Shown one piece after another: positions 40,934 to 49,080 of a stretch of 64,000 bases of DNA. The DNA is from Desulfobacterales bacterium. GTDB lineage: Bacteria; Desulfobacterota; Desulfobacteria; Desulfobacterales; UBA2174. Made by a program: the position numbers and the translations under genes. The stretch covers positions 32,001 to 96,000 of the forward strand of contig CAXXWC010000001.1 of assembly GCA_963668645.2 (NCBI GenBank). The letters are read 5' to 3'. Under the pieces are notes generated by a model. That model was not told the origin of the DNA. It saw only the letters and a list, made by a program, of their open reading frames with translations, and did not search any database. How positions within the stretch are numbered: position 1 is the first letter of the stretch; every line of letters starts with the position of its first letter.

Positions 40934-41311
40934 TTGTGCGATATGGATCCCACCGATAACAGACTGAAATTGGCAAGACGGCATCGGTTCGGCCGCCTCG
41001 GGCGCAACCGGCCTTGCGGAAACGAAATTGACTGCGATCTGCTGGCGGCCCTGAATGAAAGTGCCGGCCGGTTGTGCATGGAGATCGAACGGCATCGTGC
41101 CCTGGTGAACGAGGCCCTCCAGGACGATCTTGATCCGGACCGGCTGCAGGCCGTAACGGCCGGGTGCCCGCGAAGAACCCGGGAAGAGAAGCTCAAAACC
41201 GCTATCCAGCAAGCCATTGAGGTAATCGAGGCCAGCCGCAGGGCGTTCAAGTCAAAACAGCTCGAGGCGCTGCGCAAGCATCTGACCCAGGTGCTCATCG
41301 ACGCCCGATGA
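40934..41311 (+). CDS. Hypothetical helical protein
   Basis: 125-aa ORF following the STAS-like gene, ending FKSKQLEALRKHLTQVL; start uncertain. Confidence 0.55.
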   Translation: MCDMDPTDNRLKLARRHRFGRLGRNRPCGNEIDCDLLAALNESAGRLCMEIERHRALVNEALQDDLDPDRLQAVTAGCPRRTREEKLKTAIQQAIEVIEASRRAFKSKQLEALRKHLTQVLIDAR

Positions 41312-41550
41312 AATCCGATTCCGAGTAAGGGTACGGTTTCACCGGTCGGCGACAAGGCACAGGAAAGCGAATCGCCAGCCTGTCGCGCGGGGCCCTGGTC
41401 CCAGCCGTTTAGCCTGGCTGCACGGCCCGGAAACAATTTTTTACGGTCTTACGGTTTTCGCGGCTTCGGCCGGCGGGAAAAGTGAAGGTGGTAGCCCGTT
41501 TTGCGGATGAAACGCGGGCGCCACCTTTCTTTTTGGGGGAGATAACGGCG

Positions 41551-42462
41551 ATGGGTAACAATGCCTTGGCCGAAAGGCAGGTGGATGGAGACGATGGTGT
41601 TTTGCGTTGGAGCGACGGCGGCGTTGCCTTGTGGACGCTGGATTCGGTCAGCCTGGCGGACCGGCGGCGGCGCGAGATATTCCCAGCCGGAACCGCCCGT
41701 CTGGTCTTCTGCCTGGAAGGCGCGTTCACGCTCTCCATGCTAAGCCCCGATGCGCCGCCTGACTGCCTTCTTTCCACTGATCGAGGGGTGCTGCTTTACT
41801 ATCCGGCAGTTTGTTGCGGGTACGCGGTCGTCAATGACGGCCCGGCCCGGGGCCTTTCCATCTGCCTCGCCGGCCGGCACCTGCCGGCCCTGCTGGGGGA
41901 CGGGGGCTTGGAATGCGATCTTAAGACAGCCATCCGCGCCGGCCGGCCCCTGTCCCTGCGCCGGTCTTTGGACCGCTCGACACACCACTGCCTCCATCAG
42001 GCGGTGGATATTCTCGATTCCGGCACCGGTGGCAATCTGTTCCTCTTGTCGCGGCTGGCAGAACTTGCCTGGCAGTTCTCAGGACGCTCGCAAGCTCTGA
42101 AAGCCGCCGGCATCTGCGGCAGGGACCGCAGGGCAGTTGAAAAGGCCTGTGCGCTGTTGGCCGCCGACCTGGCCGAGCCGCCGCCTCTCAGGCACCTGGC
42201 CGCCGAGGTGGGTGTCAGCGTCTCCAAACTCAAGGTCCTCTTTCACCGGGTCTGCGGGGTGCCGCCGTTCGGCTACCTGCGCCGGATACGACTGGAAAAG
42301 GCGCGCGAGCTGCTGGTCTACAGCCGCATGAACGTCACCGACGTCTCCCTGGAAGTCGGCTACACCAGCCTGAGCCATTTTTCAAAGGCGTTTGCCGGAC
42401 ATTACGGAGTGAGCCCCTCACAGATGCGCCGTGACCGATCGGCCGCCATTTCCAATGCATGA
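41551..42462 (+). CDS. AraC-family transcriptional regulator (PchR/YbtA-like)
   Basis: PPPLRHLAAEVGVS..KLK..F, RLEKARELL and VGYTSLSHFSKAF; ATG 41551 after GGAG. Confidence 0.88.
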   Translation: MGNNALAERQVDGDDGVLRWSDGGVALWTLDSVSLADRRRREIFPAGTARLVFCLEGAFTLSMLSPDAPPDCLLSTDRGVLLYYPAVCCGYAVVNDGPARGLSICLAGRHLPALLGDGGLECDLKTAIRAGRPLSLRRSLDRSTHHCLHQAVDILDSGTGGNLFLLSRLAELAWQFSGRSQALKAAGICGRDRRAVEKACALLAADLAEPPPLRHLAAEVGVSVSKLKVLFHRVCGVPPFGYLRRIRLEKARELLVYSRMNVTDVSLEVGYTSLSHFSKAFAGHYGVSPSQMRRDRSAAISNA

Positions 42463-42495
42463 CGCAGATCCGCCTGTCACGGGCAAGGTCGAATA

Positions 42496-42598
42496 TTGGC
42501 TTTCCGGGCTAATTTTTTGGCCTCTGCCGTTAGACAATTAAAACATTTGTAGGTATTTCATACTTTCTCGGGTGCCTCCAGGTTGAGAATTGAGATCA
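42496..42598 (+). promoter_or_regulatory. Putative AraC-activated, Fur-repressed promoter of the pilus operon
   Basis: TTGGC direct repeats 21 bp apart (42496, 42517) next to a -35-like TAGACA (42531); Fur-like TGAGAATtgagaTCA at 42584-42598. Confidence 0.4.
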
Positions 42599-42637
42599 GT
42601 CTTCTGCCAAGATCTAATTATGCGAAGGAACCATCAA

Positions 42638-42859
42638 TTGACAAAAAACAGCGCCATATACCCAACCAGCCTGAGCGCCGAACATAGACCGATCCTGGAG
42701 AAGATTGAGGACCTTTATCGCGAGCTGTTCGTGCACGATGGCTTTGGCGAGCTGAGGGTAACCCTGCGATTTTTGAAAAAAGGCCAGAAAGAAGTGGTGA
42801 TTGCCTGCGGCAAGGAATTTCGCTTCGTGGTCGACTATCCCGGTTATGCGGCGCGCTGA
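42638..42859 (+). CDS. Small hypothetical protein leading the pilus operon
   Basis: LYRELFVHDGFGELRV...KKGQKEVVIACGKEFRFVVD; AAGGA RBS before TTG (alternative ATG at 42620). Confidence 0.65.
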   Translation: MTKNSAIYPTSLSAEHRPILEKIEDLYRELFVHDGFGELRVTLRFLKKGQKEVVIACGKEFRFVVDYPGYAAR

Positions 42860-43003
42860 GCGCAACCTGGGCCTTCGACCATGGACCCTCCTCCTCCTCT
42901 CCCTTCAGCGCCCCTCCCCTTTCCGGCTTCCTCTACGGAGGAAGACGGAAGGGCGGGATGAGGAGACGGGAAAAGAGAAAATCACGGAAAAAGGATCAAT
43001 CCA

Positions 43004-44011
43004 ATGCATCTCACGACACATCGCAATGACAAACGATTATTCCGGTTGAAAGCGGCATCCTTACTCTTGCTGTTTTTCAGTATAGCGGCGGCTCCGGTTT
43101 CGCCGGTGATCGCTGGATGCGCGGCACCGGCCCTGGAACGGCTTTCGCTGGTGGTCATCGGCGATCAGATCGCCTCTGTCTGTTACCGCCTCGGGGTGGC
43201 GCCGGCTGCCTGGGTGGGACGCAAATCGCTGATGAACAACGGCGATGTCCTGGCCGCGGCCGCCGAACCGCTCGGCTGCCCCGGAGTCTTTTGCGGCCCC
43301 CGGCAGGCAGCGGCCTTGAAGCGCATCATCGATCTCAGGCCTGAAAAGCTGCTGGCAACCCCGCCGGCCTGCCGCTACCGCCCGGACCTCTCCTATGAAA
43401 AACCCCTTGCCGCCCTGAAAGCTGCCGGTATGGCACCGGTTTTCATCGACTTCAACGACGGACCGGCCCCGGCGGTGCGACAAATCGCGGCCGAACTGGG
43501 GCGCAGCGAACAGGGCGAAAACCTCATCGCCGCCTATGAAAAGGAGATGGCCCGGGCCCGCCAGCGCATGGCCGCCCTGCCCCGGGGGCTGCGGGTGGCG
43601 TTGGTTTCCGGCACTTTCCAGGCGCAAACGGGCAAGTCCTTCCTGCGCCTGGAGGCGGCCGGCGGCTACACCGACGAGCTGATTTTGAAGCCCATGGGCG
43701 CGGTCAACGTGGCGGCCGAGGTCCTGGCCGCCGACGCGAAGATCAGCAAGGGGCACGCGGTCCTGCGGCGGCTGGACAAGGTGCTCGAGGCCCGGCCTGA
43801 CATCATCGCCGCCACCGGCGATGCCCTGGCGGTGAGCGCGGCGATCGCCGAGACCTTGTCCCGCCGGCCCGAACTGGCCCGGACGCCGGCGGTCCGCAAT
43901 GGCGCCATCCACGCCCTCCCGTTTTACGCCGAAACCGATCCGCTGGCCTGCCCGGAAGTGCTTCTGCGATGGGCTGCAGCCCTGGAGAATACGGTCCCTG
44001 AAACGAAATGA
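43004..44011 (+). CDS. Divergent periplasmic binding protein (helical-backbone metal/chelate receptor-like)
   Basis: Signal peptide, IIDLRPE, VRQIAAELGR, ARPDII and PAVRNGAIHALP; Cys-rich. Confidence 0.7.
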   Translation: MHLTTHRNDKRLFRLKAASLLLLFFSIAAAPVSPVIAGCAAPALERLSLVVIGDQIASVCYRLGVAPAAWVGRKSLMNNGDVLAAAAEPLGCPGVFCGPRQAAALKRIIDLRPEKLLATPPACRYRPDLSYEKPLAALKAAGMAPVFIDFNDGPAPAVRQIAAELGRSEQGENLIAAYEKEMARARQRMAALPRGLRVALVSGTFQAQTGKSFLRLEAAGGYTDELILKPMGAVNVAAEVLAADAKISKGHAVLRRLDKVLEARPDIIAATGDALAVSAAIAETLSRRPELARTPAVRNGAIHALPFYAETDPLACPEVLLRWAAALENTVPETK

Positions 44012-44125
44012 TGATGGCCGGTGCGGGCCCGGCATCGAATGCAAAAGGATGCAAATGCACCAGCGGCGACGCAGCGCTCCGCGGGGGAACGGCGGCGATC
44101 GCGGAAAGGAAGGGTAGAGGAGAGA

Positions 44126-45235
44126 ATGAGACAGGCAAGAACACGAAGAGGGAGGCGTGCGGGTCAGGAGGGGTTCACCCTGTTGGAGATCCTGGTGGTG
44201 CTGACCATTATGGGCTTTCTGATCGCCATGGTGGCCCCGCGGTTGGGCTTTCTGGGCGACAACGCCAGCGAGGTGGTGTGCAATTCGAACAAGGGGCGCT
44301 ACCGCACCTATGTTTCCACCTTCAGCAGCCAGCACAACGGGCTGTTTCCCAACCGGCTGACCAACTTGGTGGCCATGGACGGCAGCGCCGGTACGGCGTA
44401 TGTGGTACCGGCCTCCGACGAGGATCCGGATACCGGCAAAGAGGTCCTCTCCAAGGGCCACAACATGATGTACAAGTTCATGCCACACACCCTCAACGCC
44501 GCCGAGGCCGAAGAGCTCAAATCCCTGGGCGTCGACACGATCTTCAACCTCAACGACTACACGGGTTTCGACTACGCAGGAAAGACCAACCTGACCAACC
44601 ACAACATAGCCAACTACCCGGACGACATCACCGACCGTGAACCGTACATGCAGGAAGTCGATGTTATGGCTGGCACTCAGGTGGTTATGGCCGGCTGCGG
44701 CGCCAAGGAGCAGACCGGCGACTTCACCGCCGTCGGCCCTCTGCCCAAAATGGAATCCAAGTGGGCCTATCGGGATCTTTTCGCACGGATTATCTTTTCC
44801 ATCGGTCCGGAGAGCGAACTGGTCACCAAGGGCATCATCAGCAACGCTGCCCATTGCCCGGGAAGCATCATCAACTCGGACAACTTCACCTACGGAGAGT
44901 ACTACCTGATCCTGCCGCGGCTCAACGCCACCATCGTTCGTTTCACGGTTGAGACCGGTGCGGCGCGCCTGGTGGGGGATACCGGGATTTCGCCGGGCGT
45001 CGGGACCCGGACGGCCGCCCAGCTTCAGGCGGTTACAGGCATCTCCACCTCCCGCACCGACACGGTGGCCACCGGGTACAGCACCGCCACCAACGACAGC
45101 AATTACCGCATCGAAACGGTCAACCTGCTCGCCGAGCAGGAACCCTGGGAGTTTCTCACCAGCCGTGATCGCGACGACCCGGTCTGGTATTTCGATTTCA
45201 ACGGCAACAACACGATCCAGGTGCCGAGCAATTAG
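44126..45235 (+). CDS. Large type IV prepilin-like protein (369 aa), paralog A
   Basis: Class III signal QEG|FTLLEILVVLTIMGFLIAMVAPRL; GAGGAG RBS before ATG 44126. Confidence 0.88.
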   Translation: MRQARTRRGRRAGQEGFTLLEILVVLTIMGFLIAMVAPRLGFLGDNASEVVCNSNKGRYRTYVSTFSSQHNGLFPNRLTNLVAMDGSAGTAYVVPASDEDPDTGKEVLSKGHNMMYKFMPHTLNAAEAEELKSLGVDTIFNLNDYTGFDYAGKTNLTNHNIANYPDDITDREPYMQEVDVMAGTQVVMAGCGAKEQTGDFTAVGPLPKMESKWAYRDLFARIIFSIGPESELVTKGIISNAAHCPGSIINSDNFTYGEYYLILPRLNATIVRFTVETGAARLVGDTGISPGVGTRTAAQLQAVTGISTSRTDTVATGYSTATNDSNYRIETVNLLAEQEPWEFLTSRDRDDPVWYFDFNGNNTIQVPSN

Positions 45236-45434
45236 CCCCATAGGCTCAAAATGAGAAAGGAGGTGATACGCCACAACTATCCAATTGCCGCGTTATCCGC
45301 GCGGCCCCCTGTCGCGGCGAGGCGCCGGAAGGGATGAAGAATCGATCGCGAAAACAAGACTCAGTCCCGGCAGACCCTGAGGGAGGGTTGCGGGCTAAAA
45401 ACAGCCCAACATTTAGCACCTCAGGAGACAAATA

Positions 45435-46505
45435 ATGAAAGCATTGAGCATGAAGCGTACACGCAAGTTTACCGGTAACCAGAAAGGTTTCACCCTTCTC
45501 GAGATCCTGGTGGTACTCACCATCATGGGCTTTCTCATCGCCATGGTGGCCCCGCGCCTGGCCATGGTGGGCACCGATGCGGTGGACACCGTGTGCGACA
45601 CCAACCAGAACCGCACCGTGACCTATCTGGCCACCTATTTCCAGAAGACCAATGGCAGCCTGCCCAACCACCTGACCAACCTGATCACCAGGGACGGAAG
45701 CGCGGCAACGAACTGGAAAGTGCCCACGATTTCAGACGAAGATCCGGACGACGGCATCAAGGGCGTGCTGTCCCAGGAATTCGGCCTGCGCAACAACCTG
45801 TCGATCCATTTCCTGAACGCCGCCGAGGTCGCCGAGCTGGACGGATTGGGCATCACCGACGTGTTCAACCTCAACGATCCCGAAGACAAGCGCAGCGACG
45901 CTCCTTTCATGGATGAAGATGCCATCGGCACTGACATGGCGGTTGCCATGATCGGAATGGGGGCGGCAGACAGCACGGCTGACTTGGCCCTGACAAGTGG
46001 CAACCAGATCGAAGAGGATGTTGCTACGACCTCACTAGTGGAGTACGGCTGGGGCGAGCCGGAGAAGCTCGGCCGCATCGCCTTCGGCCTCGGGCCGGAG
46101 AGCGACCTGATCAAGAGCGGCATCGTCTCCAACGCGGCCCATTGCCCGGGCGGCCTGCAGAACAGCGACAACGTCAGCTTCAACGACTACGTCCTCGTCG
46201 TGCCGCGGCTGGCGGCCACCGTGGACCGGCTGCCGAGTACCAATATCTTTGGCGGCACCGGAACAAAGCATACCACCACCGCCATCGGCTACATGGACGG
46301 CGACCTGGTGGAATCGACCACCCCCTACGACCTGTCTAACAACGCCGGCAACTTCATGAAGCGCACCGTCAAGCTGGTCGCCCAGGAAGCCTGGGAGTAC
46401 CAGACCCAGTGCCCCGAGGGACATGTCTATCCGGAAACCATGGACCACTGGGCCATCGACCTGAATGGCAATGGCAGCATCGCAGATGTCAACACTACAC
46501 CCTAA
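45435..46505 (+). CDS. Large type IV prepilin-like protein (356 aa), paralog B, candidate major pilin
   Basis: Class III signal QKG|FTLLEILVVLTIMGFLIAMVAPRL, identical N-terminal helix to paralog A; AGGAG RBS. Confidence 0.9.
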   Translation: MKALSMKRTRKFTGNQKGFTLLEILVVLTIMGFLIAMVAPRLAMVGTDAVDTVCDTNQNRTVTYLATYFQKTNGSLPNHLTNLITRDGSAATNWKVPTISDEDPDDGIKGVLSQEFGLRNNLSIHFLNAAEVAELDGLGITDVFNLNDPEDKRSDAPFMDEDAIGTDMAVAMIGMGAADSTADLALTSGNQIEEDVATTSLVEYGWGEPEKLGRIAFGLGPESDLIKSGIVSNAAHCPGGLQNSDNVSFNDYVLVVPRLAATVDRLPSTNIFGGTGTKHTTTAIGYMDGDLVESTTPYDLSNNAGNFMKRTVKLVAQEAWEYQTQCPEGHVYPETMDHWAIDLNGNGSIADVNTTP

Positions 46506-46519
46506 CTGACCTGACAACC

Positions 46520-46564
46520 CGCGGCGGGGAGGGCGACCTTCCCGCTCGTTTACCCTCCGTCGCG
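46520..46564 (+). terminator. GC-rich hairpin after pilin B
   Basis: CGCGGCGGGAGGG...CCCTCCGTCGCG imperfect inverted repeat; no strong U tract. Confidence 0.4.
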
Positions 46565-46587
46565 CACATATGCGCAACGGAGGTCAT

Positions 46588-46672
46588 GTAGGGGCGGGGT
46601 TTATCCCCTCCCGCAGGATTTCCCGTTTCATTTCGGCCGGATGCCACGGGCGGGGATAAACCCCGCCCCTAC
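46588..46672. repeat. GTAG-family REP pair (REPIN-like)
   Basis: GTAGGGGCGGGGTTTATCCCC ... GGGGATAAACCCCGCCCCTAC inverted repeat. Confidence 0.85.
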
Positions 46673-46719
46673 AGGAAAACCGGAATCAACCCATTTCGAA
46701 GAAACCGACGAAACGGCCC

Positions 46720-48789
46720 ATGGTCACCAGAACAGACGACAACCTCGGTTTTACCCTCCTCGAAGTGCTCATCGTGCTCTTCATCATGGGCATGATCGCG
46801 GCCATGGCCGTGCCGGCCATGGGGATCCTGGACGACCGGGAGCGAGAACGGATCACGCGGGACAAGATGGAACAGATCCGGCGCGCGATCCTGGGGCCGG
46901 ACGACCGTTTCGACAGCCAGGGGCGGCCGGTGATTGGCGGGTACGTGGGCGACCTTCATGCCTGGCCGGACCTGTGGGAGCCGCGAGCCGAGATCAATCC
47001 GAATTTCACCGGCACCGGGTGGGACAATCCTGATTCCATGTCCGCCGGTATGGGCCAGGGACCGGATTACACCGTGGATCCGGACAAAATCTTCTTCCGG
47101 CCTTCAGGCCGCTTCGTCAAGGGACGCTGGCAGTGGTACCGGCCGTACCGCAAACTCTACGACGATGCGACCAACAACCAAGACCACATCGGCGGGCTGG
47201 AGACGGAAAACGAGGGCCAGCCCCGGGGACTGTGGACCCGGTACCCTGAAGAGCTGCCCTTCGACATCGGCACCCACAAGGCGCCGGGAGAAGATCTGGG
47301 AGAGGCCTGGATGGGGCCTTACCTCGCCCCGCCCATCGCCGAAAACCCGTCGGACAGTGGTCATCTGGCCCGCAGCGACGAAGAGTACGGAAAACTCGCG
47401 CCCGTGCCCAAGGTCACCTGGGACCCGGTCAACAGCGTCTGGCTGCCGAGCTGGGAGGACGGGGACTACAACCCTTCCGCCGGCCTGGGCGAGCACTTCG
47501 ACGACCGCGAGGCTTTCCGCACCCTCCAGACCGAGGGCCGCTTCACCGATGGATGGGGCCGGGCCCTGCGCTTCTTTATCACCGCCGACCCGGATCACAC
47601 CGGCAGCACGATCTTCTGGATCCTCTCGGAGGGGCCGGACAAGGAGGGGACCTACCCCGCCAAGGGGACATGCAGCGGCCATGCCTGGAGCGTGGATACC
47701 GACGACACCATGGGCAAGGCCTATGACGAAGAAGATCCCTACAACCGGGACAACATCGTTTTGAAGCTATTTTCCCGGGACTGGGAGGCGCTCATCGCCG
47801 CCGAGGAGAAAGACAAGGTCGCCGCTACCGAGGCGACCCTCGAACGGATCCGCGAGGCCCTGATCGGCGAATCCCCGGCGGGCCGCAACACCGGCTTTAC
47901 CGGCGACCTGGCCCGCTGGCCCGGGCTCTTTCGCTGGGAGGACAACGGCACCCCGGCCGACCCGAGCGACGACCACTGGGACGACCAGGACGGCACCTCG
48001 ACGGCCTACACCAAGGGCCAGCCCCGGGGGCTGTGGACCGACAGGCCCAACACGGCCGACGCCGGCGACGATCTTCCGGTCTCGGTCTGGGGCATCGGCT
48101 GGCGCCATGCCTGCATCGGCGCCCCGGCGGGTGCCGGCGCGGACAACCTTCTCACAGACGCCTGGGGCCGGGAGATCCTGTTTTTCAAGGACGATGCCAA
48201 CGACCGGCTGCTGGTGCTGTCCCGGGGGCCGGACGGCAGGTTCGATTTCGCCACGACCAACGCGGACAAGACCGAACCGGAAGATTTCGTGGAGGTGCTG
48301 GACCTTTCCGCCTACGACCCCGGCGCGGCCCTTAACGCGGACAACCGGCACCTCGTCGTGGCCGGCGGCGACTGGGTGCCCGGCTTTTTCCGGCTGCTGA
48401 AATTCACCGTGATCGACGCCTATCTCGGCGATCCGACCCACGGCACCACAAAGGCCCGCTTCTTCCGGGCCGGCGGTGCGCCGGTGTCCGGGATCGACCT
48501 GCTGGCCCCGGCAACCCTCACGAACGAGGACGGCGATCTTTCCGTCGACGACTGGGCCGCTGGCGACGCAACGCCGGCCGACCCGGCCCTTGATTACGAC
48601 GATACCACGGCCCAAAAAGTCCCCACAGGGGCGCGCTACCTGGTCTTCTGGAACGACGCGGACAACAACGACAAAATCGACAGCGGCGAGACCTACCGCC
48701 GCGTCGTTTACAGTGTAACAGCCAAAGCCGGCAGCGGGCAGTACGAGGCGATCACCATCGATACGGACGATTTCGTCGCTTTGCCCTAG
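46720..48789 (+). CDS. Giant prepilin/pseudopilin (689 aa) with two tandem GspG-like modules
   Basis: NLG|FTLLEVL signal; duplicated G(Y/F).GDL..WP, GQPRGLWT, TD.WGR...FF and LS.GPD motifs. Confidence 0.85.
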   Translation: MVTRTDDNLGFTLLEVLIVLFIMGMIAAMAVPAMGILDDRERERITRDKMEQIRRAILGPDDRFDSQGRPVIGGYVGDLHAWPDLWEPRAEINPNFTGTGWDNPDSMSAGMGQGPDYTVDPDKIFFRPSGRFVKGRWQWYRPYRKLYDDATNNQDHIGGLETENEGQPRGLWTRYPEELPFDIGTHKAPGEDLGEAWMGPYLAPPIAENPSDSGHLARSDEEYGKLAPVPKVTWDPVNSVWLPSWEDGDYNPSAGLGEHFDDREAFRTLQTEGRFTDGWGRALRFFITADPDHTGSTIFWILSEGPDKEGTYPAKGTCSGHAWSVDTDDTMGKAYDEEDPYNRDNIVLKLFSRDWEALIAAEEKDKVAATEATLERIREALIGESPAGRNTGFTGDLARWPGLFRWEDNGTPADPSDDHWDDQDGTSTAYTKGQPRGLWTDRPNTADAGDDLPVSVWGIGWRHACIGAPAGAGADNLLTDAWGREILFFKDDANDRLLVLSRGPDGRFDFATTNADKTEPEDFVEVLDLSAYDPGAALNADNRHLVVAGGDWVPGFFRLLKFTVIDAYLGDPTHGTTKARFFRAGGAPVSGIDLLAPATLTNEDGDLSVDDWAAGDATPADPALDYDDTTAQKVPTGARYLVFWNDADNNDKIDSGETYRRVVYSVTAKAGSGQYEAITIDTDDFVALP

Positions 48790-48832
48790 ATTTTTGCCGA
48801 ATGAAAGAGTTCGGGAGGCATCGCAAGTTATC

Positions 48833-48961
48833 CGTCATGCCGGACTCGATCCGGCATCCATTTCCATCAAGACGGAATCAGACCCGAGGGCAACCTTTGA
48901 TGTTTTTGAGGATAATCAAAGCGGCGCTCTGAAATGGATTCCGGGTCAAGCCCGGAATGAC
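48833..48961. repeat. CGTC-type REP/RPE-like palindromic element
   Basis: GTCATGCCGGACTCGATCCGGCATCCA ... TGGATTCCGGGTCAAGCCCGGAATGAC imperfect inverted repeat. Confidence 0.75.
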
Positions 48962-49011
48962 AACAAGGTGGAAGATGAAAACCGGAACGACAACAAGGCG
49001 GAGGATAAAAA
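48952..49011. repeat. 2 x 30-bp tandem repeat at the end of the palindromic element
   Basis: CCGGAAYGACAACAAGGYGGARGATRAAAA at 48952 and 48982. Confidence 0.8.
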
Positions 49012-49080
49012 ATCGTTCCCCCAAAACACAAAAAGTTCCGGATAGCCTTGATGAGCGCCAAAAAGGGAGCCTGACGCGAG

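Noticed and set aside
48952..49011. Mini CRISPR array
   Set aside because: Only two adjacent 30-bp copies with no spacer, and no cas genes.
48794..49045. 83-aa ORF between the giant prepilin and PilMN
   Set aside because: Coincides with a palindromic repeat and a tandem duplication; probably non-coding.
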